The position numbers and the translations under genes were made by a program. From Promethearchaeota archaeon (GTDB lineage: Archaea > Asgardarchaeota > Lokiarchaeia > Sigyniarchaeales > SOKP01): a DNA stretch of 64,000 nt. This document shows, piece by piece, positions 63,332 to 64,000 of this stretch. Numbering within the stretch: position 1 is the first letter of the stretch; each line of letters starts with the position of its first letter. The stretch covers positions 201,158-265,157 of the forward strand of contig JBHLOC010000001.1 of assembly GCA_048940925.1 (NCBI GenBank), given 5' to 3'. The notes under the pieces are model-generated. The model had not been told where the DNA came from. It searched no databases and saw only the letters and a program-made list of their open reading frames with translations.

Positions 63332-63487
63332 TTATTCTTGCTTTGACGTTAATAATATATAAATTAAAATTACAATGAATAATATAATTCCTAAAAATAT
63401 TAAAATAAAGTTAAACATATCAGTCTCTTCTGTTGTAGTCTGAAAAAGAGAAAGAATAATTAATATAAGAAAATAATTTAGTCTCAT
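63332..63487 (-). CDS. 51-aa membrane microprotein
   Basis: Manual translation MRLNYFLILIILSLFQTTTEETDMFNFILIFLGIILFIVILIYILLTSKQE. Confidence 0.45.
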   Translation of the reverse strand: MRLNYFLILIILSLFQTTTEETDMFNFILIFLGIILFIVILIYILLTSKQE

Positions 63488-63653
63488 ACTAATTATCAAA
63501 ATTTAATGAAGCATTAAAAAATTTCTCATTTATAAGAAATTCAAATATAATTATTAAATATTTAGAATCATTTTTAGTTCCAAGTTTAAGGTTATATATA
63601 AACTAAAAGTTATTGCATCTATGATTAGATTAAAGTTATTTAATAGATAGATA

Positions 63654-63755
63654 TGGACCTGACGGGATTTGAACCCGTGACCTCTTGAATGCAATACTTA
63701 CATCAAGCAAATTGCTGGTAATGTGTCAAGCGATCTTCCACTGATCTACAGGCCC
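63654..63755 (-). tRNA. tRNA-Ala(TGC) with intron 5' of the anticodon
   Basis: GGGCCTG/CAGGTCC acceptor (G3:U70); CTTGA[insert]TTGCATTCAAG; GGTTCAAATCC. Confidence 0.88.
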
Positions 63756-63836
63756 TTAAATAAGTTAATAAAAAAAGAAATGAAGAAAGTTTATTAAGAT
63801 CTTCCCTACAAAATTCTTTTTTTCAAAATAAAATTG

Positions 63837-64000
<164 letters not shown>

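Overview
AT-rich chromosomal window from an Asgard archaeon, most likely Lokiarchaeia. The archaeal core includes PolD DP1/DP2, Cdc6/Orc1, unsplit Rpo2, TFE, PAN, aNAC, CarS and an archaeal 16S 3' end. Eukaryotic-signature genes include three Rab-like GTPases (one fused to roadblock) and a longin-like protein. All four tRNA genes carry non-canonical introns. The two most striking signals involve ORFs too short for the supplied track. (1) Two paralogous 10-codon micro-ORFs (MFRGDGGGVP at 58817-58849 and MFHGDGDLSP at 59189-59221) each have a TATA-like box and a downstream palindrome/T-tract. Each lies head-to-head, 115-116 bp ATG-to-ATG, with a copy of a giant Lrp/AsnC-like repeat protein (one intact, one truncated): a candidate peptide-receptor/regulator system. 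(2) A candidate actin/membrane-remodelling set at 7.5-11.2 kb comprises a 51-aa WH2-motif microprotein, a coiled-coil + polyproline + VASP/WASP-C-helix-like protein and a BAR-like protein. Protein family calls come from motif recognition and recalled sequences only; no searches were run.
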